Assembly: GCA_951406725.2 (NCBI GenBank)
Contig: OX597836.1
Span: forward strand, 22,878,001 to 22,942,000
DNA from: Octopus vulgaris
Lineage: Eukaryota
DNA: 64,000 nt
Direction: 5' to 3'
This document shows, piece after piece, positions 30,226 through 44,592 of the stretch (the stretch's first letter is position 1; every line of letters begins with the position of its first letter). Made by a program: the position numbers and the translations under genes. A model generated the notes under the pieces. The model was not told the DNA's origin and did no database searches. It saw nothing but the letters and a program-made list of their open reading frames with translations.

Positions 30226-31920
30226 CTGAAAAACAAAACAACAGAACACTTCTTTTATCAGAAATGGAAAATATTCATTTGTTTGAGTTCTTTTTCTTGT
30301 TTTTTTTTCTTTTCTTTTTCTCTACTTTAATCTTTTACGTAACCATATTTCTTTTGAAAATTACTGTCTTTCATCATCATCATCATCATCATCGTTTAGC
30401 GTCCGCTTTCCATGCTGGCATGGGTTGGACGGTTCAACTGGGGTCTGGGAAGCCAGAAGGCTGCACCAGGCCCAGCCTGATCTGGCAATGTTTCTACGGT
30501 TGGATGCCCTTCCTAACGCCAACCACTCCATGAGTGTAGTGGGTGCTTTTTACGTGCCACCGGCACAGGGGCCAGAGGAGACTGGCAAATGGCCATGATC
30601 GGATGGTGCTTTTTACGTGCCACCGGCACAGGTGCCAGACAAGGCTGGCAAACGGCCACAATCGGATGGTGCTTTTTACATGCCATAATTTCAATATAAT
30701 GAAAAATTTAGTTCAATAACTTTGTCATTATTTAGCTGGTGTTTGGAGTACAAACTACCATGAAATTTTTATGGAAGATTATAATTTCAGATAACTTTAA
30801 AACAGAAAGTTTGTACCATTGCACAAGAGATGGTCTCAGGTGAGTTACAAGACACATCGACTGAGAGTCATGCAACATTTAACTGTTTCGTTAAAACACT
30901 TTCTGATAAAATACACTGTCTGTGTCTTAATTAATTTTGAAAATAATGAAGAATTAAGTCAAATAATTTTGTCATAATTAAACTGGTCATAAATTAACAT
31001 GAAATTTTTGATAGATTTTAATTTAGATTAGTTTAACACTTTCGTTACCATAATTCTCCATATAATGAAGAAATTAGTTGAATAACTTTGCCATTGTTAT
31101 TAAAGTGGTGTTTTGAACATAAATCAACATGGAATTTTGATGGAAAGTTTTAATTCAGATCTAAAGGATGAATCAACAATTAAGCCCCTATTCTAAAAAA
31201 AAAAAAGGAAAATATATGACATAAAAATTCGATGACTGGCGTGCATGCTAGCAGGGTGCAAAGAGCACTATACGAGCATGATCATTGACAGAGCGGCAAA
31301 CCGGCTTCCGTGCCAGTGACACTTAAAGGGCACCATTCGAGTGTGATCGTTACCAGCGTCGCCTTACTGGCACTTGTGCTCATGCTAGTAGGGTGCCAAG
31401 AGCACCATCCAAGTGTGATCGTTGCCAAGCAGCCAACTGACGTCCGTGCCAGTGGTACGTAAAAGGGCACCATTCAAGCGTGATCATTACCAACGTCGCC
31501 TTACTGGCACCTGTGCTGGTGGCATGTGTAAAAGGATTTTGAGCAAGGTTGTTGCCAGTACCACCTGACTGCCCCCCCCCCCCGTGTCGGTGGCACGTAA
31601 AAAGCACCCACTACACTCTCGGAGTGGTTGGCGTTAGGAAGGGCATCCAGCTGTAGAAACTCTGACAAATCAAGATTGGAGCCTGGTGCAGCCATCTGGT
31701 TCGCCAGCCCTCAGTCAAAATCGTCCAACCCATGCTAGCATGGAAAGCGGACGTTAAACAATGATGATGATGATGATGATGGTGATGATGCTGATGATGA
31801 TGATGATGATGATGATGATGAGCATAAAAAATTAAAATGACTGACAAAAAAGAAATAAAAATGTATGACAAAAAAATAATGTGATGCTACCAACAATGGA
31901 AATATTAGGATGTTACTCAC

Positions 31921-32017
31921 CGACAGTGGGCACCTCGGAAACCATAGCAAGTAGCACTTCGGCAAGGGTTGGGACAATGTCTTGGTACTTGGCCATCTGG
32001 ACACATGGGGAAAGCAG
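31921..32017 (-). CDS. Exon 2 of the Cys-rich protein gene (AFPMCPDGQVPRHCPNPCRSATCYGFRGAHC)
   Basis: Polypyrimidine tract + CAG acceptor (32018-32020), GTGAGT donor (31915-31920), 97 nt, phase 1 to phase 2, open frame with 5 Cys. Confidence 0.9.
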
Positions 32018-32289
32018 CTGGAAATAAAAGAAAGAAGAAAAGTTATTTATTTATTATCATGAGGAACATCTCAACATTGTCAAGAAGTTTCTCATGAAAT
32101 AAACAATGAAAACAATGGACAGGATCAAAGACATGAGAGCGTTTGCAAACAACTGCTGGAAGTCCTTGAGATGCTTGTTTTTAGAATCAAATTGTAACAA
32201 AGGACGAAAAACAGATCTATTTTCATAAATCCTTATAAGAGAAATCAGTGACTTCCTTCCAGACAGGATTCGGAACCTGTTAAACAAGG

Positions 32290-32780
32290 TCAGTTCACAC
32301 AGAAGATCCTATTGTGCATTTAGTGGAATTTCAAGGGGTTGATACACTTTGAGCTCATTGCAGATGAATGCTAACCTTTATACCTAACAGCTGCAATGAA
32401 TATTCACTTTGAAAGCCCACTTCTACAACATGACAAGGCCTTATAGCACACCACCAAAGTGACGAAGTGCAAACTTTAGAAACTTGTGGGATTGGAAGTA
32501 CTGCTTCACCCTACTTATAGTCCAGACCCTGCACCATCAGATTACCACCTTTTCCAAACCATTTTCTGTATGGACCAGAGATTCTACAATGTGGATGAGG
32601 TCGAAAACAGGTGCAAAGAGTTTTGTGCTTCATGCTTATACCATTCCAAATGTTATGAGCATGAAATTGAGCTTCTGACACAACAATGGCAACAGAAAAT
32701 AAAATATGATGGAATATATTTTGATGAATAAACACTTTGCATGTGTAATTTGTTTTAACTGTTAATTAAAGCTTAAAATA
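32290..32780 (+). mobile_element. Mariner transposase C-terminal remnant
   Basis: LEVLLHPTYSPDPAPSDYHLF...KYDGIYFDE*. Confidence 0.8.
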
Positions 32781-32831
32781 CAAAAAAAAAAAAAACAGAC
32801 ATACACACATAGACAGAAAGACAGATATATA

Positions 32832-33022
32832 GCGCCATGATAGATTGTTAACCACTACACACATTTTTTTTTCTCTCCTTGTTTTTTTCTGTGTCCCTTT
32901 CTGTAGAAGAGCATAGGCTCGAAATGTAAAAGACTTTTTCTATTCCTGAGCGTTATACTAATACATCTGTTTGTTTTGTACACCACCTGTCTGTCTTTTT
33001 TTTCTTTTCGTAAACTCTCCCT
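32832..33022 (+). mobile_element. Solo PLE-type terminal segment with hammerhead-like motif (32897-32933)
   Basis: CTTT-CTGTAGA-A-GAGC-ATAG-GCTC-GAAA-TGTA-AAAG; homologous to 321-517. Confidence 0.65.
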
Positions 33023-33026
33023 ATAT

Positions 33027-33072
<46 letters not shown>

Positions 33073-33252
33073 GTATCATCATCATCATCATCATCGTTTA
33101 ACGTCCGCTTTCCGCGCTAGCACGGGTTGGACGGTTTGACCGGGTCTGGGAAGCCAGGGGCCGCTCCAGGCTCCAGTCTGGATCTGGCAGAGTTTCTACG
33201 GCTGGATGCCCTTCCTAACGCCAACCACTCCGTGAGTGGATTGGGTGCTTTT

Positions 33253-33319
<67 letters not shown>

Positions 33320-34017
33320 GGTGCAGTGAATAAATTGTCATCTAAATTACACAAAAATGAAAAAAACACTGGCATCTCATTTTAACAAATATATTTACCA
33401 AAATTACATAAACATATCTTGAAATACTAAGGAGTAAATTTATTCAATAAAATCGCCATTGGCTTCAACCACAACCAAACTCGTCATTATAACCAATGCA
33501 GTGCTAGTTATATATATATATAAATTTTTTATGTACACACGCGCTGACATATGACCAATGTTGAACCCCTTCTTCGCATAATCACCGAACCTGGAGCTTT
33601 ACTATGGTCTGTCTATAGCACTTATTCAGTATTACCTGATACCTTTGGGTCTCAATGACACCATTACCTCTAATAACCTCCTATATGTGTGTGTGTGTGT
33701 GTGTGGAGGCACATGGCCTAGTGGTTAGAGCAGCAGACTTGCGCTCGAGGGATCGTGGGTTCGAATCTCAGACCAGGTGATGTGTGAGTTCATGAGCGAA
33801 ACATCTAAGATCCACGCAGCTCCGGCAGCAGGTAATGGTGAACTTCTGCTGACTCTTTCGCCACAACTTTTTCTCACTCTTTCCTCCTGCATCTTGCAGC
33901 TCACCTGCGATGGACCAGCGTCCCATCCAGGTGGGGAACCTATATGCCAAGGAAACCGGGAATGGCTCCAGAAGGAACAAACAAAACAAAGCACATATAT
34001 ATATATACATATATATA

Positions 34018-34070
<53 letters not shown>

Positions 34071-34147
34071 CCAGCACTCCGTCAGTTACGCCGGGTGTTC
34101 AAGTTGAACCAAGGAACAGAATGGCCTGCTTTTGAAATTAAGATGTA

Positions 34148-34179
<32 letters not shown>

Positions 34180-34522
34180 AGTGTGTGTGTGTGTTGTGTT
34201 TTTAACACTGCAAGTCATCCTCCCCATCATTTAGTGTGCCCATTTCCCATTTCCCAATCTGGGATGGGTTGGAGAGTTCGTCAGAGGCCAACGAGCCAGA
34301 CAGTTGCTACTAAGTACCAATGTCCGCTCTGAAGATATTTTATCTCGAAGAATTCCATACCTTTATGCCTTCAAATGCTATGTATAAATTTAGAATGATA
34401 TACAGATGGTGATATTCATTTAATGCTATTTCAATTGTGTACACCAAATTTTACATACATGTTGTACTTATATATGTGAAACTATATGGAAAACCACATA
34501 TACATAAGCACACACACATACT

Positions 34523-34565
<43 letters not shown>

Positions 34566-34752
34566 AAACACATACTGACACATGCAGACGAGTCTTTTTA
34601 TTTGACTGGCAGCAATGATATTTTCCTGATATTCCCTGATCTTTCGTTAAATGTTAAACTTCTGACAGAGTTGGATTATATGACATATTTTATGTATAAC
34701 TATCTGTCAGTCTGTCTGTACATGTGTGCATGTGTATTTATACATACGTACA

Positions 34753-34844
<92 letters not shown>

Positions 34845-35398
34845 TATCTGTATGTATGTATGTACACACGTACACATACACACACACACACACACGCACA
34901 CTCACACACATATATATATATATACATGTATTCATGCATATATTCAATATACATGTTGCATTGAATTATGTAATATACATGTTTTCTGTATATTTATATA
35001 TCTCCCTATGAATCTCTGCATATGTGTGTGTGTGAATGCTTATATATATATATATATATATACCCATAGACACATACACCCTCACACATTCCCACAGATA
35101 TATACACAAACATACATATAAATACATATATACATGTGCATGTGTGTGTATGCGCATGTGTGTATGTGTGTGTATATACATGTATGGATATATATATATA
35201 TATCCTTCTATCTATCTATCTATCTATCTATCTATCGATATATATATATATATATATATATTGGTAGCATCGAAGGCAGACGTTAAATGATGATGATGAT
35301 ACATATATACATATACGTGTATGTGTGTGTGTGAGTGTGTGTGTGCGCGCGCACATACGCGCGTTCACCCACACATCTGTAATATGCCACAGGAGCAT

Positions 35399-35441
<43 letters not shown>

Positions 35442-35460
35442 GGTGGTGGTGGTGGTGGTG

Positions 35461-35517
<57 letters not shown>

Positions 35518-38500
35518 AGAGAGGTGGTGGTAGTGGTGGTAGTGGTGGTAGTCATGGTGGTCATTTTATTCCCAGGAAGCTATTACTTGGTTGCATAATA
35601 GAAGTCTTACAAGTGTCATTAGCCTCATGTGACATCTGTAATATAGGATGGTGTATAGACGTGTAGAGGTTAACGCGATAGTTTTGTGGTGTGACGAGGT
35701 GGTCAATGTTCTAGTGTGGCACAGAATGATGTGTTGCGGTGTAAGTGTAATGTCTTATAGTATAGAGTACTGTGTTGTACTTTGGAGTGGTACAGTGTTT
35801 GGCGCTCTACTGCCTATGACGACGTAAGTCCCAGTTGATCCAATCAATGGAACAGCCTGCGTGTGCAAGTGGCTGAGCGCTCCACAGACATATGTACCCT
35901 TAATGTAGTTCTCAGGTAGATTCAGTATGAGACAGAATGTGATAAAGCTGACCTTTAAAATACAGGTATACATATATATATATACATATTGTTATATATA
36001 TATATATGTATATATATATATACACACACACATACACACATACATACATACACATATATGTGTGTATGTGAGTGTGTGTGCGTGTGCGTGTGTGTGTAAC
36101 ATATAAATACATACATAGACGCATACACACTCACTCATTTCCACACATATACACACAACCATACAAACATTATTCATGACTATATATAGATATTCTTATC
36201 ACATACACATGCATACATACATACATGCAAACATATATATACATATATGTGTGTGTTTGTGTTTGTTTATATATATATACATATACATATGCACACCACA
36301 CCTACACATCTGTAATGTGACATAGGAAAGTGACTACTGGTAGTAGCAGTAGTATCAGCAGCAGCAGCTGCAGCAGTAGTGATGTGAGTGGTGGTAATAG
36401 TGGTATTAGTAGTGGTGGTAGTAGTGATGCTAGTAGTGGTGATAGTCGTAGTGGTGGTGGCTATGGTGTGTCATTTTATTCCCAGGAAGCGATTACGTGG
36501 TTGCATAATTTAAAGAATACACCTGACATCAGTCCTACGTGATCTGCAATATAGGCTGATGTATAGAGCTTAATGTAGTCGTAGTGTGATGTGGTGTGGT
36601 ACTAGTGTAATATAGTATAGTATGGTGTATTGTACTGTAATCTGGTGCGGTACAATGATTGGCAATCCACCAGCTATGACGACGAGGGTTCCAGTTGAAC
36701 CAATCACTGGAACAGCCTGCTTGTGAAATTAATGTGCAAGTGGCTGAGCGTTCCACAGACATGCGTAACCTTGATATAGTTCTCAGGAACATTCAGTGGG
36801 ACACAGAATGAGCCCATGATCCTTTATAGCAGTGGTTTCTAAAGTGGGTGACACTGATCCCCCTGGGGTGGGGGTTGAAAAATCCAGGTGGAGCACTGAA
36901 GAAAAGTGGGGAGGGGGCAATAATGGGGTGGCCAAAAGGGGGCGATGGATGTAAGAACAACAAAATAGTGGGTTATTCTTTATTCTTTTATTCCTTTACT
37001 TGTTTCAGTCATTTGACTGTGGCCATACTGGAGCACTGCCTCAAAGGGTTTTAGTTGAACAAATCAACCCCAGGACTTATTTTTTAAGCTTGGCACATAA
37101 GAGAACCATCCGAACGTGGCCATTGCCATCCAATCACCATCCAATCATGGCCGTTGCCAGCCTCGCCTGGCTTCCGTACCAGTGGTACGTAAAAAGCACC
37201 ATCCAATCGTGGCCGTTTGCCAGCCTCGTCTGGCACCTGTGCCGGTGGCACGTAAAATGCACCCACTACACTCATGGAGTGGTTGGCATTAGGAAGGGCA
37301 TCCAGCCGTAGAAACATTGCCAGATCGGACTGGGCCTGGTGCAGCCTTCTGGCTTCCCAGACCCCAGTTGAACTGTCCAACCATGCCAGCATGGAAAGCA
37401 GATGCTAAACGATGAGTCTCATGTGACATCTGTAATATAGAGGTGTAAACGCTAATGCGATAGTTTTAGGGTGTGATGAGGTGGTTAATGTTCTGATGTA
37501 GTGCAGGGTGATGTGGTGTGGTACTAGAGTAATACCATATAGTATGGGGTACTGTGTTATACTCTGGTACAGTAGCGTGTTTGGCGCTCTACTGGTTATG
37601 ACAACGAGAGTTCCAGTTGATCCAATCAATGGAACAACCTGCTTCTGATATTAACATGCAAGTGGCTGAGTATTCCACTGACATGTGTAATCTTGACATA
37701 GTTCTCAGGGAGATTCAGTGTGACACAGAATGTACCCATGATCCTTTATGGCAGGTACCAAGGCATTTTTGCCAACTGAGTTAACTGGAGCAATGAGAAA
37801 TAAAATATCTTGCTCAAGGATGTGACACACCCCCAGCAATTGAACTCATGCCCTTGCAATTGTCAACCAAATACTGTAACTACTTAGCCATGCACCTTCA
37901 TATAAAATTTATTTCTTTATTGCCCACAGGGGACTACTCATAGGGGGGACAAACAAGGACAGATATGGGGATTAAGTCGATTACATCAACACCAGTGATT
38001 AACTGGTACTTCTTCAATCGACCCCGAAAGGATGAAAGGCAAAGTCGACCTCGGCGGAATTTGAACTCAGAACGTAACAGCAGATGAAATACCACTAGGC
38101 ATTTCGCCCGGTGTGCTAACATTTCTGCCAGCTTGCTGCCTTATCTTCATATAAAATCGGCATCCCACCAGTTACAATGACAAGTGTCCCAGTTGATCCG
38201 ATCAACAGAACAGCCTGCTTGTGAAATTAACATGCAAGTGACTGAGTGTTCCACAGACATGTGGACCTTTAATGTAGTTCTCAGGGAGATTCAGTGTGAC
38301 ACAGAGTGTGACACGGCTGGCTCCTTTGAGTTACATGTATCACTCATTTTTGCCAGTTGAGGGGACTGGGACAACATGAAATAAAGTGTCTTGCTCAAGG
38401 ACACAATCTACTGCTAGGAATCAAATTCATAACCTTAGGATCATGAGCTGAATACCCTAACCATTAAGCCATTTGTGCCCTTGTAAATAAATAAATAAAT

Positions 38501-38723
38501 CCAAAACAAAACCTTAATTTCAATAGTGATGCTGTTGTTGTTTTTGTTGTTGTTATCAAACTTCCACGTCATCAGAAATGTGTCTTTGTTAAAGCGATTC
38601 CTTCACATAATTAATATTCTACATATCAGAGATGTTTATCATAATTTATACATTACCGGAACTTGTGTTTGTCATATTATATTATGCATGACATTTATTG
38701 TTTGAAATGTTGTGAGAAACATA

Positions 38724-38756
<33 letters not shown>

Positions 38757-39239
38757 GGCAGGCAGAAAGGCAGGCAGGCAGGCAGACAGGTCGGTAGGTG
38801 TGCAGTTGTTCTAAGAATATTTTTCAGTAATTTTTGCCTGAGATGGCCTCAATCACTTGTAGCTGGTAGAAAATCCAAGATGTGTCACGTAGCTGCCAAT
38901 GTACGAGGATGTGTATGTGTGCACGTGTGTGTAAATATGTGTGTGTGTAAGTGCATGTAAGTATATGTGTGTGTAAGTGTGTGTAAGTATGTGTGTATAT
39001 AAGTGTGGGTAAGCATGTGTGAGTATGTGTTTGTATGTGTGTATGTTTAAGTGTGTGTAAGTGTAAGTGTGTGTGCGCCTGCATGTGTGTGTGTGTGTGT
39101 GTGTGCGCGCGCACGTGCGTCCATATGGTAACAAGGTTGCAAGCAGGGTCAGTGCTATACACAAGACCAGGGTTCACTAGAGTGGTCAATACTGATCCTT
39201 GAGAATTTACTTCAGTTACATATGTAGACATGCTCATAT

Positions 39240-39590
39240 ATATTTAAATGATAAACTTCTGGAAAATTTTACAGATTTTTTATAATTCCAGTGATGGATT
39301 GGATCTGTAGTCATCTAATTAGCTTTCTCCTTTCTGGTATTGAGAAGCCTAATTTCTCAAGATTGGTATTTGAGCAGTGTGTTACATATCCTAGGGCCCC
39401 AATAATAACAGATATAAACCTGGACTTGTAATCTGGATAGAGTAACTACAGATTTCTCAATAGTTCAGCGTAGGTATTCTCTTCTTCGCTGATATTTATC
39501 TTCATGTTAACATCTGCTGGGCAACTAATTTCCACAACTGTACAGTTTCTCTTCTCTATCCCAAATTATTATATCGGGTGTCACATTTTA
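39240..39590 (-). mobile_element. Non-LTR retrotransposon restriction-like endonuclease remnant
   Basis: PDIIIWD...[11 protein letters not shown]...[14 protein letters not shown]...VIIGALG. Confidence 0.7.
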
Positions 39591-39635
39591 CTACTTTTCC
39601 TGCACCTCTATCCCTTTGGTGCATCAGGTACTTGG

Positions 39636-39677
<42 letters not shown>

Positions 39678-39740
39678 CACACACATACAGATACATATAT
39701 AAATACACATACATACACACATACATGCATATACACATAC

Positions 39741-39808
<68 letters not shown>

Positions 39809-39854
39809 CATTATTTACAATTGATGGATATTTGTCCTCATCTTGTTTGTTGTT

Positions 39855-39900
39855 AACACAACATTTCGGCTGACATACCCTCCAGCCTTCATCAGGTGTC
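39855..39900 (-). ncRNA. Hammerhead ribozyme-like motif with canonical CUGAUGA core
   Basis: GACAC-CTGATGA-A-GGCTG...CAGCC-GAAA-TGTT-GTGTT. A degenerate inverted copy lies at 40145-40190. Confidence 0.7.
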
Positions 39901-39946
39901 TTGGGGAAATTTCTCATTCCAAAGGTATTTTTTGATGTTGTTACTA

Positions 39947-40094
<148 letters not shown>

Positions 40095-40569
40095 GCATCG
40101 AAAAATACCTTAGGAATGAGAACCCAAGTTCAAAATTTCCCCAAGACACCTAATGAAGGCTGGAGGGTATATCAGCCGAAGCATTGTGTTAACTTTGAAT
40201 GTATAAGAGTATAAAACAAGTGTAAAATAGTGTAAACAACTAAAATAAAAGTATGTCTAAATAACATGCTTTTCTTGATACATTTTATGTAGTGATCAAA
40301 GGAAGCTCTTGCTTTCATTAGGAGTGGTCCACAACCAGTCATGATACAGAGGTTGGGATCCTATTTCAGCTCAGGAGTGAACATTTCATCACATGTCACT
40401 TAGTCATAAAACACACGTCATATAAGTGCAATAAAATGCTGTATCACCAACAATAATGTGATTCGTCTAAGACATCATCCAGTAATCTATCAAGTCCATT
40501 TACACATTTCTCAATACATAATGCTGTTATGACTTTCCTTCCTCATTTTATGCCTCCATCACAGATGGG

Positions 40570-41098
40570 TTCATTTGCCAGTCAGGACAAATTTCGGTGA
40601 GGATGACATTCCAAAGGCTGGAGCAGTTTGAATGGGAAACGATGCCCCACCCACCATATTCGCCAGACATTGCACCATCTGATTTATCATTTATTCCGCA
40701 GTCTTCAAAATCATTTGGATGGGGAAAAAATGAATTCTGTAAACGAGGTCAGAGAAGTACCGGTGGAGTATTTTTCGTCACAGACAAGGGAATTTTGGAA
40801 GAGGGTCCTTGCAAGTCTACCAGATAGATGGAAGAGCATTGTAGAAAATGAAGGAGAGTATTTCTTTTATTCTTTTACTTGTTTCAGTCATTTGACTGCG
40901 GCCATGCTGGAGCACCACCTTTAGTCGCACAAATCGACCCTAGGACTTATTCTTTGTAAGTCTGCTACTTATGCCATCACCCTCCTTTGCTGACCTACCA
41001 AGGTATGAGGACACAAACACACCAACACCAGCTGTCAAGCAATGGTGGAGGGACAAACACAGACACACACACAAATATATACATACATACATGCACAC

Positions 41099-41144
<46 letters not shown>

Positions 41145-41449
41145 ATAATAATATATATATATTGTTATATTTTGGAATGGTCATTTTGCCAGTTTAGCCA
41201 TATATATATTGCTAAACTGGCAAAATATTCGAAATATAACAATATCTGTTTCAACACACGACTTCACATAAAAAAATCTTGCACAACAAATATTTAAACG
41301 TACTAATATATATATATATATATATATACATACATATATATATATATATAAGCAAAATTTTTTATATATATATTTTAGATTAAGAAAGAACTTTATCTTA
41401 ATTTGGAAAAACAAAAATATAAAAAAAACATTATTTATGGGATGACTCA

Positions 41450-41452
<3 letters not shown>
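40570..41452 (+). mobile_element. Mariner transposase C-terminal remnant and right TIR, split by insertions
   Basis: WETMPHPPYSPDIAPSD, HLFRSLQNHL..LPDRWKSIVENEGEY. The end TTATTTATGGGATGACTCAATA also occurs inverted at 15789-15890. Confidence 0.8.
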
Positions 41453-41482
<30 letters not shown>

Positions 41483-42128
41483 TGTATGTATGTATGTATG
41501 TCATTATTCAGTTTTATTTCAAGATTTCTTGCCAACAGAGAAAGAACCAGTTTCTAACCTAGATCCAAAGTTCTTTCAATGGAATTTCAACATCAACAAC
41601 AGGATTTTTTTATTGTATGTATGTATGTTATGTATGTATGCATGCATGTATGGACTTTTTTCCAGTTTCCATCAACAAAATTCACTCACAAGGCTTTGGT
41701 TGGTTCAAGGCTATAGTAGAAGACACTTTCCCACATGCCACGCAGTGGGACTGAACCCAGAACCATGTAATTGGGAATCAAGTATGTATGTATGTATGTA
41801 TGTATGTATGTATGTATGTATGTATGTATGTATGTATGTATGTATGTATGTATGCATGTATGTATGTATGTATGTATGTATGTATGTATGTATGTATGTA
41901 TGTATGTATGTATGTATGTACGTATGTATGTATGTATGTATGTATAATAATAATAATAATTGTGTACAGTGCTCAGGTGCACTACAACTCATCTAAAGTG
42001 TATATATAATCAGGTGTAGTTTCGGCGGATTTCGGAAAGCATAAGGGCCTTAAAGGATGCAGTGTCATGGCAGTGTGTGTATGTATGTATGTATGCATGC
42101 ATGTATGTAGAAAGTAAGAATCACTTAC

Positions 42129-42183
42129 CAGAAGCCAAACTAAGGCAAACCAAGAGCAAAACCAGTTTCACCATTCCATGCAT
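42129..42183 (-). CDS. Exon 1 (signal peptide MHGMVKLVLLLVCLSLAS) of a small secreted Cys-rich protein gene
   Basis: ATG at 42181-42183, hydrophobic core ending A-S-A, donor G|GTAAGT at 42129/42128. The phase 1 donor matches the exon 2 acceptor. Confidence 0.85.
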
Positions 42184-42306
42184 GATTATTATTATTAGTA
42201 GTAGTAGTAGTATTAAATGTAAAATATATCACAAGAGCTAATCTACTTCTTTACTTCTTCGACTCTCAAAATCTCAACCGAACTGAACTTAAAATCAAGG
42301 CGAATT

Positions 42307-42343
42307 GAATGAAAGGAAATCTCGGGTGTGTTAAGCTTTTAAA
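42307..42343 (-). promoter_or_regulatory. Putative core promoter (TATA-like TTTAAAAG and Inr-like TCATTC) of the Cys-rich protein gene
   Basis: Minus strand reads tttaaaagcttaacacacccgagatttcctttcattc. The TATA-like box is about 31-33 nt upstream of the Inr A, which lies about 125 nt upstream of the ATG. Confidence 0.45.
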
Positions 42344-44296
42344 GGGCCTTCCTGGATAATCATCCTGTCGTGTGCACTTGGAATTTCAGACATACATAGA
42401 AATGGTGAATGACTGAAGAGACTAACAGAACAAAAGTTTTTATTTAATCACAGCTTTTCAAAGAACCTTTAATGAACAGTTTGATTTCACTATGATCTGT
42501 TTTTTTTTTCTGTTTTTTTTTGGTGGGGGATGTTTTTGTTTTTGTTTTTTTTTGGAAGTGAGCCATGCCATAGAGAAAATTCTTCTCCTTTGTTTAATAG
42601 AATTTCTGTTTTGGTGTGTGTTTAGTTCATTTTCGCTTATTGGATTATTAACTGCTCTACCTGTTTTTCTGCCTCTGTGTGTGTAACCGTATGGTTAAGA
42701 AGGTCACTTTGCAACCATGTGGTTTTGGGTTCAATCCCACAGCATGGTGCTTCCAGCAAATATCTTCTACAATAGCTCTGGGATGGTCAAAACTTTGTGA
42801 ATGGATTTGACAGACAAACTGTGAAGAAGCTAAGAGTATGTATCATCATCATCATCATCATCATCGTTTAACGTCCGTTCTCCATGCTAGCATGGGTTGG
42901 ACGGTTCGACCAGGGATCTGGGAAGCCAGAAGGCTGCACCAGGCTCCAGTCTTATCTGGCAATGTTTCTACAGCTGGATGCCCTTCCTAACGCCAACCAC
43001 TACGTGAGTGTAGTGGGTGCTTTTTACGTGCCACCTGCACAGGTGCCAGGCGAGGCTGGCAACGGCCACACCTGTTTATGTTTATATATATATATATATC
43101 ATTAGAAGAATCAATAAATGTCATCAAATAAATGGAATTGATAAGTGGTGGTGGGCACAAACACAGACACAAAGACACACATACGCGCACACACGATGGG
43201 ATTATTTCAGTATCTTTCTACCAAATCCACTCATGAGACTTTGGTTAGTTGGAGGCTATTGTAGAAGACACTTACCCAAGGTGCCACTCTGTGAGACTGA
43301 ACCTAGGACCATGTGGTTGGGAAGCAAGCTTCTTACCACACAGTCATGCATGTTCATAGTTTAACAACCCTACCAACACATTGGGTAACAATTATAAAAT
43401 ATCAGTTTGAAAACTGCTTTTAAGCAAACAATTCACAACAGAGTCATGGTGTGTAAGCACCAAGTATTTTATTGAGCAAAAACACCTAAAAACTCCACGA
43501 GGCTCCGGCAGGGGGGGTGGCGATACCTGCTGTACTCTTTCGCCACAACTTTCTCTCACTCTTTCTTTTGTTGGCCTGCTCGCTTAGCCAGCCGGGTGGT
43601 GTCATTTGAAGGCTAAAACAATGCAAAGTACATTGTAACCAGCGATGTGTAGCAACATCTGATAGCCTGGTCGGTCACGGTGATCACAGTGATATATATA
43701 TATATATATATATATTCAATTATGAATTAAAAGCAGTGCTAGTGTTGTAATCATTATCAACTGCGCATACACAATGTATGTATTTTGGTGGTTTTCTGGT
43801 TCATTGCAGTCCACCATTCTGGAAACAACTCCTTCTTAGCACTGGGTATTATGCTTTTATACACACACACACACACACACACATACATATATTCTTTTAT
43901 TCTTTTATTTGTTTCGGTCATTTGACTGCGGCCATACAGGAGAACCGCCTTTAGTTGAACAAATTGACCCCAGTACTTATTCATTGTAAGCCTAGTACTT
44001 ATTCTATCGATTTCTTTTGCCGAACTGCCAGGTTATGGGGACGTAAACACACCAACATTGGTTGTCAAATGATGGTGGACGGACAAACACAGACACAAAC
44101 ATATACATATATATATATACCATGCTGGTGGCATGTAAAAAGCACCCACTACACTCTTAGAGTGGTTGGCATTAGGAAGGGCATCCAGCTGTAGAAACAC
44201 TGCCAGATCAGACTGGAGCCTGGTGCAGCCTCCATGGCTTACCAGACCCAGGTCGAACCATCCAACCCCTGCTAGCATGGAAAACGGACGTTAAAC

Positions 44297-44329
<33 letters not shown>

Positions 44330-44527
44330 ATATATATTTATATATATACACACATATATAATGGGCTTCTTTCAGTTTCCTCTCACAAGGCTTTGGTTAG
44401 CCAGAAGCTACAGTAGATGTCACTTACCCATGGTGCCATGCAGTGGGACTGAACCCAGAACCATGTGGTTAGTAAGCAAGCTACTCACCTCACAGCCACT
44501 CTTGCACCTATAAACATTGTTGCTTAT

Positions 44528-44592
44528 CGTCCCTGGGTGGGCTTGAACCACCAACCTTTCAGTTAACAGCCAAACATGCTAACCGATTGCGC
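44528..44592 (-). pseudogene. tRNA-Asn(GTT) pseudogene lacking the 5' acceptor strand
   Basis: GCGCAATCGGTTAGCATGTTTGGCTGTTAACTGAAAGGTTGGTGGTTCAAGCCCACCCAGGGACG matches metazoan tRNA-Asn from about position 10, with 5 CpG-type transitions. Confidence 0.85.

Noticed and set aside
30057-30533. 158-aa plus-strand ORF
   Set aside because: Antisense shadow of exon 3 running into an RTE tail.
33705-33780. tRNA-like sequences at SINE heads (also 12150-12225 and 50800-50875)
   Set aside because: They continue directly into SINE bodies, so they are not tRNA genes.
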